Assembly: GCA_024228495.1 (NCBI GenBank)
Contig: JAAETJ010000576.1
Coordinates: 1,658-65,657, forward strand
DNA from: a bacterium
GTDB lineage: Bacteria > Pseudomonadota > Alphaproteobacteria > Rhizobiales > JAKIUO01
Length of the DNA: 64,000 nucleotides
Reading direction: 5' to 3'
How positions within the stretch are numbered: the first letter of the stretch is position 1; each line of letters begins with the position of its first letter. Shown here in pieces: positions 1-9,291 of the stretch. The notes beneath the pieces were generated by a model that ran no database searches, was not told the origin of the DNA, and saw nothing but the letters and a program-made list of their open reading frames with translations. The position numbers and the translations under genes are program-made.

Positions 1-103
1 CAACTGCTTGATTGAAGGAAGTTTAGCGTCAACTTTGTGTGCGAACAGGTGCTATGTCCCATGATCAAGGTTCCTTCTTCTTCGCTCTCAATGGTGCACG
101 ATG

Positions 104-144
104 CTCCACCCCATCTCAAAAAGATATGGGGTGGAGCGTTTTTA
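104..144. terminator. Terminator-like hairpin at the convergent junction just beyond the fdhB stop
   Basis: Perfect 11-bp inverted repeat CTCCACCCCAT (104-114) / ATGGGGTGGAG (126-136), followed by CGTTTTTA on the + strand. It lies about 20 nt past the fdhB stop on the - strand. Confidence 0.5.
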
Positions 145-157
145 TCGGGAAGGGGCT

Positions 158-757
158 TTATCGGCCGCCACTTTGACCGGGATATGCACGACCCCAACCC
201 CAGGCACCAGAGCCAAACCCGCGCGACACAACACGTTCGCGGTAAGTATCGGCAACCTTGTCACCATCTCCTGCCAGCAGGGCTTTGGTGGCGCACATTT
301 CTGCACATAGGGGAAGCTTGCCTTCAGCCAAGCGGTTACGTCCATATTTCTGGAATTCGGCCGCTGAGTTGTCATCTTCAGGGCCACCAGCACAAAAAGT
401 GCATTTATCCATTTTTCCGCGCGAGCCAAAATTGCTGGCTTGCGGGAATTGGGGCGCGCCAAAGGGACAGGCATAGAAGCAATAACCACAGCCGATGCAC
501 AGATCCTTGGAATGAAGGACAACGCCATCATCCGTCTGGTAAAAGCAATCGACAGGGCAAACAGCCATGCAGGGCGCATCAGAGCAATGCATGCAAGCGA
601 CCGAGATCGAACGCTCGCCCGGCTTGCCATCATTGATAGTAACAACCCGTCGGCGGTTGATACCCCAAGGGACTTCGTTTTCGTTTTTACAGGCTGTGAC
701 ACAGGCGTTGCATTCAATGCACCGTTCGGCATCACAGAGGAATTTCATTCTAGCCAT
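158..757 (-). CDS. fdhB: Formate dehydrogenase iron-sulfur (beta) subunit, poly-4Fe-4S ferredoxin type, with no signal peptide and no membrane anchor
   Basis: ORF 158..793. Start moved to the ATG at 757 (MARMKFLCD...), which has a GGAGAC RBS and sits 14 nt after the fdhA stop. Cys clusters: CIECNACVTAC, CMHCSDAPCMAVCP, CIGCGYCFYACP, CTFC...CAEMC. Confidence 0.9.
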   Translation of the reverse strand: MARMKFLCDAERCIECNACVTACKNENEVPWGINRRRVVTINDGKPGERSISVACMHCSDAPCMAVCPVDCFYQTDDGVVLHSKDLCIGCGYCFYACPFGAPQFPQASNFGSRGKMDKCTFCAGGPEDDNSAAEFQKYGRNRLAEGKLPLCAEMCATKALLAGDGDKVADTYRERVVSRGFGSGAWGWGRAYPGQSGGR

Positions 758-771
758 AATAACGTCTCCTC

Positions 772-3669
772 TTATGCTTTGGTGATTTTGCACAGGGACG
801 CCTTCGTCTCCTGCATCTGGGTAACACTGTCATAACCATAAGTCATCGCCGTATTGGCAGCTTCACCAAGGACGTATGGATCTGCGCCTTCAGGATATTT
901 CGAGCGCAAGTCCTTACCCTGGAAATGACCGCCAAAGTGGAACGGCAAGAAGGCGACGCCCTGACCAACGCGTTCGGTGACAAGGGCTTTGACCTTGATC
1001 TTGCCCTTTTCTGGTCCTTCAACCCAAACCATCTGACCATCTCTGACACCCATATCATTGGCATCAGACAGGTTGATCTCAACAAACATGTCTTGTTGCA
1101 GCTCAGCCAGCCATGGATTGGATCTGCTTTCATCACCGCCACCTTCATATTCAACCAGACGCCCCGTAGTCAGGATGATCGGATAGTCTTTCGAATAATC
1201 GACCTCCTGAATGGACGCGTAGCGGGTCGGCAGGCGATAGGCCTGTTTATCGCTATAGGTTGCATATTTGGGTAACAGGTCGCGTCTGGACGTATAGAGC
1301 GGTTCGCGATGAAGTGGCACAGGGTCAGGGAAGTTCCAGACCACGGTCCTCGCTTTGGCGTTCCCAAATGGTGCACAACCATGCTTGATGGCGACCCGCT
1401 GTATGCCACCCGACAGATCGGTTTTCCAGTTGGTCTTGTCACCGGCAACCTTCTCGATGGCTTCTTTTTCGTCCGCTGTCAGATCCCCGTCCCAGCCGAG
1501 TTTTTTCAGCATGGCCATGCTGAACTCGGGATAACCGTCCTTGATTTCGGATCCAACTGGATAGGACGAACCCTCCAGCGTCCCTTCGGCAAGCAAATTC
1601 TCACCGCCCCATTTGTCAGGAGCCTTGACACCAAATCTGGCTCGGAAACTAAGGCCGCCTTCGGCAACTGGTGAAGAAGGGTCATACAGGTTGGGAGTAC
1701 CTGGATGTTTCATCTCTCCAGTGCCCCAGCAAGGCCATGGCAAACCATAAAACTCACCATCGGCCGGACCGCCCTTGGCTTGAAGAGTGGTCTTGTCGAA
1801 GGTGTGCTGATGAGCCATGTGCAGCTTCAACCGCTCTGGCGTTTGGCCGGTATAACCAATGGTCCACATACCCTTGTTATATTCGCGGGTAATGTCTTCG
1901 ATCAACGGCTCGTCATTGGTCACCTTGATATGCTTGAACATCTCCTTGTCCATGCCAAACTTTTTTGCAAATTTGTACATGATCGTATGATCTGGGAGAG
2001 ATTCAAAAATGGGATCAATAATTTTTTCCCGCCATTGCAAGGACCTGTTTGAAGCTGTGATCGAGCCATAGGTTTCATACTGGGTCGCTGCTGGTAGCAG
2101 ATAGACGCCGTCTTTGCGATCATGCATAACCGCGGATACCGTTGGGTATGGATCAATGACCACCATGAGATCTAGTTTCTCCATGGCTTTTTTCATATCA
2201 TTGCCTCGGGTCTGTGAATTGGGAGCATGTCCCCAGAACACCATGGCACGAAGATTGTCTTTTTGATCAATCTTGTCCTTGTTTTCCAACACGCCATCAA
2301 TCCAACGTGACACCGGGATGCCCTTGGAGTGCATCATCTTTTCGCTCTGGAACCGGCCCATGAGATAATCATAGCTGGTGTCCCAAACTCTGGACCAATG
2401 CTTCCAGGAGCCTTTTTTGAGGCCGTAGTAGCCAGGCAGCGTGTGCGAGAGAACACCAAAATCGGTGGCCCCTTGTACATTGTCATGACCGCGGAAAATA
2501 TTGGCACCACCACCGGCCTTGCCAATATTGCCAAGGGCAAGCTGCAAGATGCAGTAGGCTCTGGTATTATTGTTGCCGGTTGTATGCTGCGTACCACCCA
2601 TGCACCAGATCAGCGTTCCTGGGCGATTATCGACCAGCGTGCGAGCAACGCGTTTTAATTGTGAGCCGGGAACGCCTGTGACTTGCTCTACTTCTTCCGG
2701 GTTCCATTTTTTGACTTCGTCGCGAATATGATCCATGCCCCAGACGCGTTGGCGGATATATTGCTTGTCTTCCCATTTATTCTCAAAAATATGGTAGAGA
2801 ATACCCCAGATCAGAGCCACATCAGTGCCGGGACGAAAGCGTACATATTCCGTGGCATGAGCGGCCGTTCTTGTGAAACGTGGGTCACAAACGATAAGAG
2901 CCGCGTTATTTTGCTCTTTGGCTTTCATTAAATGTTGCAAGGCAACCGGATGTGCTTCGGTGGGATTTGATCCAAACAGGATCATGCTTTTTGAATTGTG
3001 AATGTCATTATAGGAGTTAGTCATGGCTCCGTAGCCCCAGGTGTTGGCAACACCGGCGACCGTCGTTGAATGACAGATCCGCGCCTGATGGTCCCCATTA
3101 TTGGTTCCCCAATAGGCGTAGAATTTACGGAACAGATAAGCCTGCTCGTTATTGTGTTTGGCAGATCCGAGCCAATAGACACTATCTGGTCCAGAGGTCT
3201 CGCGAATATTCAGCATTTTGTCGCCGATCTCGTCGATCGCCTTGTCCCAGCTGACTTTTTTCCACTTACCGCCTTCAAGTTTCATTGGATATTTGAGACG
3301 ACGCTCGCCATGAGCATGCTCACGAACCGACGCTCCTTTGGCACAATGGGCTCCCAGATTAAACGGGCTGTCGAAACCAGGTTCTTGTCCGATCCAGACG
3401 TTGTCTTGTACTTCCGCGATCACAGAGCAACCAACCGAACAATGTGTGCAAACCGACTTTTTAATCTCGATATTGCCTTGGCCTTCGCCTGCTGCTTCCG
3501 CTTTTTGTACGCGCCCGGCGCTCAATGCAGTTGCGGCGACCAGACCAGTTGCTGCAAGGCCGGAGCCGCGCAAAAATGTCCGTCGGTCTACGACACTCTT
3601 TTCTGTTTGTGTCAGGGTAGACGACAATCGGGGGCCGTTCGCAACCCCGTTTATCTTCTTCCGTAGCAT
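772..3669 (-). CDS. fdhA: Formate dehydrogenase catalytic (alpha) subunit, bis-MGD molybdo/tungstopterin enzyme, Tat-exported, Cys-type
   Basis: 965 aa. Twin-arginine signal DRRTFLRGSGLAATGLV...KAEA and N-terminal FeS motif CTHCSVGCS. The active-site stretch HQARICHSTTVAG matches the HQARIUHS stretch of Sec-type FdhA/FdnG, but carries Cys (TGT at 3073-3075). Confidence 0.92.
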   Translation of the reverse strand: MLRKKINGVANGPRLSSTLTQTEKSVVDRRTFLRGSGLAATGLVAATALSAGRVQKAEAAGEGQGNIEIKKSVCTHCSVGCSVIAEVQDNVWIGQEPGFDSPFNLGAHCAKGASVREHAHGERRLKYPMKLEGGKWKKVSWDKAIDEIGDKMLNIRETSGPDSVYWLGSAKHNNEQAYLFRKFYAYWGTNNGDHQARICHSTTVAGVANTWGYGAMTNSYNDIHNSKSMILFGSNPTEAHPVALQHLMKAKEQNNAALIVCDPRFTRTAAHATEYVRFRPGTDVALIWGILYHIFENKWEDKQYIRQRVWGMDHIRDEVKKWNPEEVEQVTGVPGSQLKRVARTLVDNRPGTLIWCMGGTQHTTGNNNTRAYCILQLALGNIGKAGGGANIFRGHDNVQGATDFGVLSHTLPGYYGLKKGSWKHWSRVWDTSYDYLMGRFQSEKMMHSKGIPVSRWIDGVLENKDKIDQKDNLRAMVFWGHAPNSQTRGNDMKKAMEKLDLMVVIDPYPTVSAVMHDRKDGVYLLPAATQYETYGSITASNRSLQWREKIIDPIFESLPDHTIMYKFAKKFGMDKEMFKHIKVTNDEPLIEDITREYNKGMWTIGYTGQTPERLKLHMAHQHTFDKTTLQAKGGPADGEFYGLPWPCWGTGEMKHPGTPNLYDPSSPVAEGGLSFRARFGVKAPDKWGGENLLAEGTLEGSSYPVGSEIKDGYPEFSMAMLKKLGWDGDLTADEKEAIEKVAGDKTNWKTDLSGGIQRVAIKHGCAPFGNAKARTVVWNFPDPVPLHREPLYTSRRDLLPKYATYSDKQAYRLPTRYASIQEVDYSKDYPIILTTGRLVEYEGGGDESRSNPWLAELQQDMFVEINLSDANDMGVRDGQMVWVEGPEKGKIKVKALVTERVGQGVAFLPFHFGGHFQGKDLRSKYPEGADPYVLGEAANTAMTYGYDSVTQMQETKASLCKITKA

Positions 3670-3732
3670 GGGACTTTCCTCTCAATAATTGTGATACCAG
3701 AATGGGGTTCTAGTATGACTTGTTGGATGAAA

Positions 3733-3942
3733 TTAGAATTTTGCCAGTTCGTAGTAACGTTTCACGTGGTCCGTTTCGCGATATCCAGAACCTTTTGCTT
3801 TGTCGTTAGGAAGCTCACTTGCACTTGCAACACCGCCAAGGGCCGAGGCGACCCCAACCGTTGTTCCCAATCCCGCGAGCTTTAAAAAGCCTCGCCGCCC
3901 TATTGGATCTTTTTTGGGGGGGGCGTGTTGTTTGGTTTTCAC
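3733..3942 (-). CDS. Small Tat-signal protein of the 'formate dehydrogenase region TAT target' type
   Basis: 69 aa. Tat motif GRRGFLKLAGLGTTVGVASALGGVASA followed by a mature peptide of only about 28 aa. It lies directly upstream of fdhA in the same orientation. Confidence 0.7.
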   Translation of the reverse strand: MKTKQHAPPKKDPIGRRGFLKLAGLGTTVGVASALGGVASASELPNDKAKGSGYRETDHVKRYYELAKF

Positions 3943-4011
3943 TGTCGGACTCCTTTTCTTTTTGGTTATGTTCGTCAGAACAATTGTCCAGCGATGCGCT
4001 GGCTCTCAGTA

Positions 4012-4650
4012 TCAACTCATTGAAAACGCCTGCTCCTCGATTTCAAGAAACAAGCGTCCAACGGCGCCGACTGGCTTATAGAAGTTGGCTGTTTTGGCCG
4101 CTTCCAGATCTTTGAAAAAATGTGAAGCCCAAGGTGATAAATGGGTGCGGAAGAATTTGTGCTGTTGCTCTAGAGTGGAAGCTTCGCCATATTCGCCCAA
4201 TATCAACCCGGCCATGATCTCAAGCAGGGTGCTGATATGATCCTCGGGCTCGCTGAGGTCGGGCTGTTTGGCGATTCCCAGATCTCTAAGATCCTGGCGT
4301 AATCTGACCAGCGGTTTTTCGTTTAAAAATCCGGTCAGATAGTAAGAGGCGTGGGGCACAAGTTCGCCGCGCCCAACACCAATAAACAGCTGCGAATATT
4401 CATCTTCGATCTGGTCGGGATTGGCTCGTGAGGCGTGACGTGACACTGTGCCAAGTGCCTCACCAAGCGGTGTTTCCTCTGACCCAAGTTCGGTCAGTAG
4501 CGTTAATTCTTGTTGCTGTGGAGTGCGCCCGAGCAAAACGGCGAGTGTACGATAAAGTGCTGCTCGCATAACATCTTCGGACGGTACGTCAATCTTGGCA
4601 AGGCTCTGATAGGCTGCAGTGTCGGAGTGTGGATCGGGAGTAGTTTGCAT
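4012..4650 (-). CDS. TorD/DmsD-family redox-enzyme maturation chaperone, presumably for FdhA
   Basis: ORF 4012..4779. Start moved to the internal ATG at 4650 (MQTTPDPHSD...). TorD-like stretch EYSQLFIGVGRGELVPHASYYLTGFL...PEDHISTLLEIMAGL. First gene of the fdh operon. Confidence 0.75.
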   Translation of the reverse strand: MQTTPDPHSDTAAYQSLAKIDVPSEDVMRAALYRTLAVLLGRTPQQQELTLLTELGSEETPLGEALGTVSRHASRANPDQIEDEYSQLFIGVGRGELVPHASYYLTGFLNEKPLVRLRQDLRDLGIAKQPDLSEPEDHISTLLEIMAGLILGEYGEASTLEQQHKFFRTHLSPWASHFFKDLEAAKTANFYKPVGAVGRLFLEIEEQAFSMS

Positions 4651-4856
4651 AAAATCCAGACTTTCGGAAAGATCTAAATTTGTACGCGTTCCGGGCCGTA
4701 TGAACTTTTTGAACCGACGCGCCAATATTGTTCTGACTATGCGCCTCGCCAAGTACAAATGCAAGTTGATTTGCAGCATAATTACAGTATTAAAACATTC
4801 AATTGTTCAGATGTTAATTGGTCTGGATATTCGCGTGGACCAATTAAAAGGAAACT

Positions 4857-4870
4857 TTGAGCCAGATCAA
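4857..4870. promoter_or_regulatory. FNR/CRP-family box in the divergent region between the fdh operon and moaA
   Basis: TTGAG-CCAG-ATCAA gives a 9/10 match to TTGAT-N4-ATCAA. Its centre is 68 nt upstream of the moaA start and about 213 nt upstream of the TorD-like start. Confidence 0.45.
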
Positions 4871-4931
4871 TGATTTTTGCTTTATTGTCCATTCTTGATC
4901 GTATATCGTAAGCTCACGAATTAATCCCAAT

Positions 4932-5993
4932 GTGTCGATAATCTGTACTGTGTGGGAGACCTCATTGAATATACCCTTGCCAAACCAACAAACGGACAGT
5001 GGGCTGATCGATCCGTTCGGTCGCGCCGTCACTTATTTAAGAGTGTCAGTGACAGATCGTTGCGATTTTCGCTGTACCTATTGTATGGCCGAGAACATGA
5101 CGTTTCTTCCGCGCAAAGAACTTTTGAGCCTTGAGGAGCTTGATCGCATTTGCTCCTGTTTTGTTGGCAAGGGTGTTAGGAGACTGCGCCTGACTGGTGG
5201 CGAACCGCTGGTGCGTCGTAATATCATGTGGCTGATCAAACGATTGTCCCGTCATCTTGACAGTGGCAAGCTCGAAGAGCTGACGCTTACCAGCAATGGC
5301 AGCCAACTCGAGAAATATGCCAAGGAGCTTTTCTCTTGCGGTGTACGACGGGTCAATATTTCTCTCGATACACTTGACCCCGCCATCTTCAAAGACATTA
5401 CCCGGCGCGATCATTTCGGCAAAATCATGCGCGGTATTGATGCTGCGCAAGAGGCCGGGTTGCTCATCAAGATCAATATGGTTGCTCTGAAAAACCTCAA
5501 CGAGCATGAAATTGCGACAATGGTTCGTTGGTGCCATGAGCGTGGCATGGATCTGACTTTAATTGAAACCATGCCGATGGGGCAAGTGGATGGCGACCGC
5601 TATGACAATTATCTGCCGCTTTCAACGGTCAAGGAACAGTTGCGCGAAAACTGGACCCTCACGCCCCTTGATTATCGAACCGGCGGCCCGTCGCGATATT
5701 ATGAAGTCGAACAAACCGGTGGCAAGCTTGGCTTCATTACGCCGCTTAGTCATAAATTTTGTGAAAGCTGCAACCGAGTTCGACTGACCTGTACCGGTAT
5801 TTTATATATGTGCCTGGGCCAGGATGACGCCAAGGACCTGCTGACGCCGTTGCGCTCCTCAGGACATGATCTGGCCTTGCGTGCAGCGATTGATGAAGCA
5901 ATCTCACTCAAACCAGAGGGGCATGATTTTCATATTGACCGGCGCAATCAAAAACCTGCAATGACGCGCCATATGAGTGTAACAGGTGGATAG
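4932..5993 (+). CDS. moaA: GTP 3',8-cyclase (radical SAM, Moco biosynthesis step 1)
   Basis: 353 aa with a GTG start. Radical-SAM motif CDFRCTYCM and C-terminal cluster motif [13 protein letters not shown]. The N-terminal start position is uncertain. Confidence 0.9.
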   Translation: MSIICTVWETSLNIPLPNQQTDSGLIDPFGRAVTYLRVSVTDRCDFRCTYCMAENMTFLPRKELLSLEELDRICSCFVGKGVRRLRLTGGEPLVRRNIMWLIKRLSRHLDSGKLEELTLTSNGSQLEKYAKELFSCGVRRVNISLDTLDPAIFKDITRRDHFGKIMRGIDAAQEAGLLIKINMVALKNLNEHEIATMVRWCHERGMDLTLIETMPMGQVDGDRYDNYLPLSTVKEQLRENWTLTPLDYRTGGPSRYYEVEQTGGKLGFITPLSHKFCESCNRVRLTCTGILYMCLGQDDAKDLLTPLRSSGHDLALRAAIDEAISLKPEGHDFHIDRRNQKPAMTRHMSVTGG

Positions 5994-6025
5994 TTGATAC
6001 CAACCGAGGAAGAGTTTGAACTTGT

Positions 6026-6907
6026 ATGGACGAATTCACTCTAAGACCTGATCCGCTTGACAAGAGCCTCTCGGTGAGTGTTGAGGGATTTGATCAAAAC
6101 GACAACAGTGTCACCACCACGGTTGTTGTTGAGCGGCCTCTCACTTTGTTCCTGAATGCTCAGGAAATCGTCACTATGATGACTATCGGTGATTATCCCG
6201 ATCTGCTGGCGGTCGGCTATTTGCTCAATCAGAACATGTTGAAATCAGATGATGAGATCATGGCGATTGAGCATGACAAAGACCTTGGTGTCATTGTTGT
6301 GCGGACCAAACGCAAAACCAATTACGAAGAAAAACTGAAGAAGAAAACCCAGACGTCGGGCTGTGCACAGGGCACAGTATTCGGTGACTTGATGGAAGAA
6401 TTTGAAGATGTGGCACTGAACGAGCAGGCGTGCGTTCGTACCTCGTGGCTGTATGAGCTGCAAAACAAGATCAATCGCTCGCCCTCTCTTTATTTGAGCG
6501 CTGGCGCCATCCATGGTTGCGTCCTGTGTAAAAAAGACAAGCCCTTGCTCTATGTCGAAGATGTGGGACGTCATAATGCGGTGGATAAAATCGCCGGCTA
6601 TATGTTTCTCAATAAAACAGAGCCGCACGACAAACTGTTTTATACCACAGGCCGATTGACCAGTGAGATGGTCATCAAAACCGTTAAAATGGGTATTCCA
6701 GTGCTCTTGTCGCGTTCGGGTTTTACCGCATGGGGGGTCGATTTGGCAAAGCAGTCCGGGCTGACTCTGATCGGTCGTTTGCGCGGTGCACGCTTTATGG
6801 TGCTGGCTGGCAAAAGCCGCATGATCTATGATTTGAAGCCGGACAAATTGCCAACTGAATCGACTAAGCATCAACAAAAATCGGGTCAGGAGAAGGATGT
6901 TTCCTGA
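6026..6907 (+). CDS. fdhD: Formate dehydrogenase accessory sulfurtransferase FdhD
   Basis: 293 aa. FdhD-like stretch AIHGCVL...VEDVGRHNAVDKIAGYM...GRLTSEMVIK. Confidence 0.85.
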   Translation: MDEFTLRPDPLDKSLSVSVEGFDQNDNSVTTTVVVERPLTLFLNAQEIVTMMTIGDYPDLLAVGYLLNQNMLKSDDEIMAIEHDKDLGVIVVRTKRKTNYEEKLKKKTQTSGCAQGTVFGDLMEEFEDVALNEQACVRTSWLYELQNKINRSPSLYLSAGAIHGCVLCKKDKPLLYVEDVGRHNAVDKIAGYMFLNKTEPHDKLFYTTGRLTSEMVIKTVKMGIPVLLSRSGFTAWGVDLAKQSGLTLIGRLRGARFMVLAGKSRMIYDLKPDKLPTESTKHQQKSGQEKDVS

Positions 6908-6934
6908 AACCCAAGTGAAGAGAGATCAACCTCT

Positions 6935-7564
6935 ATGACCAGAACAACGAAAGAGGTTGTCGGTATAGTATTGGCCGGAGGACAAGCACGGCGCATGGGG
7001 GGTGGCGACAAATGCTTTCTGGAGATCGGCGGCCAGAGTTTGCTGGCTCGTACTATAGATCGGCTTTCGCCACAAGTTTGTGATCTTGTCATTAACGCCA
7101 ATGGGGACGCGGCACGTTTTGCCTCTTTTGAGCATCCTGTCGCGAAAGATACCATTGAAGGTTTCGTGGGGCCGCTGGCAGGGGTTTTGGCCGGAATGCG
7201 CTGGGCGCAAAGCCATGCTCCAGATGTTCCTTTTATCCTCACTGCCGCCTCGGATACCCCTTTTTTCCCCCGTGATCTCACGCAGCGATTATTGCAAGGT
7301 GCGGGAAATGGCAAGTTGAGCATTGTTCTTGCTGCTTCGAACGGGCGTGTGCATCCGGTATTTGGGCTATGGCCTGTGGCGCTTGCCAATGATTTGGATG
7401 AAGCGCTGGTTTCGGGCTTGCGAAAAATTCTCGATTGGACCGATATGCACAAGATGGTCGAGGTGGTGTTTGAGACCGATGCAGCGCAGATTGATCCATT
7501 CTTTAACGTCAACTGTCCAGAAGATTTGGCCAAAGCCGAATTGATCGCAGAGAGTATTTTATGA
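6935..7564 (+). CDS. mobA: Molybdenum cofactor guanylyltransferase
   Basis: 209 aa with N-terminal GIVLAGGQARRMGGGDK motif. 4-nt overlap with mobB. Confidence 0.88.
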   Translation: MTRTTKEVVGIVLAGGQARRMGGGDKCFLEIGGQSLLARTIDRLSPQVCDLVINANGDAARFASFEHPVAKDTIEGFVGPLAGVLAGMRWAQSHAPDVPFILTAASDTPFFPRDLTQRLLQGAGNGKLSIVLAASNGRVHPVFGLWPVALANDLDEALVSGLRKILDWTDMHKMVEVVFETDAAQIDPFFNVNCPEDLAKAELIAESIL

Positions 7565-8085
7565 CAAATCCACGCTTAATCGGCATAGTCGGTTGGAAAA
7601 ATTCGGGTAAAACAACGCTGGTTGCACGTTTGGTTGAAGAGTTTTGTGCGCGTGGGCTCAAGGTTTCGGCGATTAAACACGCTCACAATCAATTTGATAT
7701 TGATCATAAAGGGCGGGACTCGTGCCATATGCGCGAGGCTGGAGCCTACCAGATCGCGCTCGTTTCGCAACGGCGATGCGCTTTGATGACTGAATTGCGC
7801 GGAGAAGAGCCACCAACCCTTGCACAGATCATCGATAGTCTCGATGTATGCGATCTCATTCTTGTGGAAGGTTACAAAAAAGAGAAGCACATCAAAATAG
7901 AGGTGCGGGGGGAGGGAGCAATCAAACAGCAGGCGCTGGCGCCAAGCGATCCCTCAATCATTGCGGTCGTGACTCAGTCAGGAACGGCGAAGGATACTCT
8001 TCCTTGCTTTAATCGAATTAAGGTAACGCAAATTGCCGATTTTATTGCGGATAAATGTGAACTTGACCTAGTTCCCGCAAAATAA
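7561..8085 (+). CDS. mobB: Molybdopterin-guanine dinucleotide biosynthesis adaptor protein
   Basis: 174 aa. P-loop GWKNSGKTTL; ...LILVEGYK. Confidence 0.85.
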   Translation: MTNPRLIGIVGWKNSGKTTLVARLVEEFCARGLKVSAIKHAHNQFDIDHKGRDSCHMREAGAYQIALVSQRRCALMTELRGEEPPTLAQIIDSLDVCDLILVEGYKKEKHIKIEVRGEGAIKQQALAPSDPSIIAVVTQSGTAKDTLPCFNRIKVTQIADFIADKCELDLVPAK

Positions 8086-8096
8086 CCGGATCAGCT

Positions 8097-8732
8097 TCAG
8101 GACGTCTCGATTATCTCTTGAAGTGTATTAGTTGCGACTTGATCTGACACCGTTTCCTCGGCTATATCATTCGCTTCATGATCGCCCAGCTCTTCATCCT
8201 TAGGGACTTCACTATCCGTATCATCTGCGGAAGCGACTTGAACTTCTTCGTTAGCTGCTCTTTTCTTTTCTTCCTCGGCGGTCATGTATCCTTTGCCCAT
8301 GTTCCAGGCTGATTCAATGGCCTTGGTCATCGGTTCTACAATCGTAAAATCCTCATCATAATCATTCAGGCCATCCAGATTGGCGAACACCGGGTCGGAG
8401 TTCCATAGAGCACGTAACGCCTTTCGTTTGACAATATCGGGGACATTCCTGGCCATGAACTGTGTATAGTCGCTGTCATAGTCGAGCGCGTCAAAATCAA
8501 TGTTGGCAAATTTCTCGGTATCAATTTCGTCTTCGGGGGGCAGGGCTGCTTGCTGTTCCACGTTCTTTTCATCCGGTTGTTCGGAAAGCTCGCTTGGCTG
8601 CGCAGATTGCAGCATTGTACCGGGATCGCTTACGATTTCATCGGGCGCATCAGAAGTTATTTTCCCCTCCTGTACCAGTATTTTTCGTTGCGACCATCGC
8701 GAAAGCGGGCTGTCAGCTTTTTTTGTCGTCAT
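8097..8732 (-). CDS. DUF3306-family protein (acidic, function unknown)
   Basis: 211 aa. N-terminal LSRWSQRK and C-terminal ALRALWNSDPVFANLDGLNDYDEDF, which I recognise as the DUF3306 signature. 20-nt overlap with the upstream DUF3305 gene. Confidence 0.7.
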   Translation of the reverse strand: MTTKKADSPLSRWSQRKILVQEGKITSDAPDEIVSDPGTMLQSAQPSELSEQPDEKNVEQQAALPPEDEIDTEKFANIDFDALDYDSDYTQFMARNVPDIVKRKALRALWNSDPVFANLDGLNDYDEDFTIVEPMTKAIESAWNMGKGYMTAEEEKKRAANEEVQVASADDTDSEVPKDEELGDHEANDIAEETVSDQVATNTLQEIIETS

Positions 8733-9291
8733 TATTGATGCTCCCGCTCATGCGTTGCTTTGTTTCAAAAATGGGTTCCTGACCAAATTTGTGTTCCTGG
8801 ACATCAAGCTTGTCACGTTTGCGCTTGCGGAATTTCTCTTCTTGATGATGTTCGGCGATAAAGGCAGTTATCTGGTCAAGAAGGACATCTGGCAAAGGGA
8901 TGCGCTCAACAATATCTTCGCCTGTATCCAGATAGTCCTGAGCTTCGAACGGTGAAGCGGTAACGAGATGGACTTCGAGGGGGACATCCTCACTGGTTTC
9001 CTCGGATGCATCATCATCGCTGTCATCATTTTCACGCAAGATCACATAAATCGAGGGTTCTTTGTCATTGATGTTGGAGAGATAGGATTCTGTTTCGCCT
9101 CGGAACAATTGCAGCTCTGAAGAGACGATATAATGGGTGGATTTCTCGCTACTTGATAACTTCTTCCAACAGATCTCGGAGGGGAATTCGAGGGCGATGC
9201 CATTGGCCTTCCAGATATGATCGACCCAGGGATTGTCGAAGACTTCTTTGGCCATAATAACGCCGATTGGTATTGTTTTTGAGCGCTTCAT
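8713..9291 (-). CDS. DUF3305-family protein (function unknown)
   Basis: ORF 8713..9435. Start moved to the ATG at 9291 (MKRSKTIPIGVIMAKEVFDNPWVDHIWK...). Also LFRGETESYLSN...VHLVTASPFEAQDYLDTGEDIVERIPLP...RKRKRD, typical of DUF3305. Confidence 0.7.
   Translation of the reverse strand: MKRSKTIPIGVIMAKEVFDNPWVDHIWKANGIALEFPSEICWKKLSSSEKSTHYIVSSELQLFRGETESYLSNINDKEPSIYVILRENDDSDDDASEETSEDVPLEVHLVTASPFEAQDYLDTGEDIVERIPLPDVLLDQITAFIAEHHQEEKFRKRKRDKLDVQEHKFGQEPIFETKQRMSGSINNDDKKS

Noticed and set aside
37-835. Several 70-200-aa ORFs overlapping fdhB (37..636 +, 101..310 +, 142..735 -, 440..835 +)
   Set aside because: They are alternative-frame or antisense shadows of a gene with unmistakable 4Fe-4S motifs. 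Their translations are Arg/Ser/Pro/His-rich and low in complexity, with no motifs.
3073-3075. Possible selenocysteine (TGA recoding) in fdhA
   Set aside because: The codon at the position equivalent to Sec in FdnG/FdhA is TGT (Cys), and the ORF is uninterrupted. No SECIS-dependent recoding is needed.
4651-4931. Moco riboswitch upstream of moaA (also looked for at 12464..12735 upstream of tupB)
   Set aside because: I could not recognise the conserved Moco-motif core or a convincing multi-stem fold by eye. A covariance-model search (Rfam RF01055) would be needed to exclude it formally.
6245-7533. ORFs of 210 aa and 215 aa antisense to fdhD and mobA
   Set aside because: The sense-strand genes carry clear FdhD and MobA motifs. 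The antisense products are featureless.
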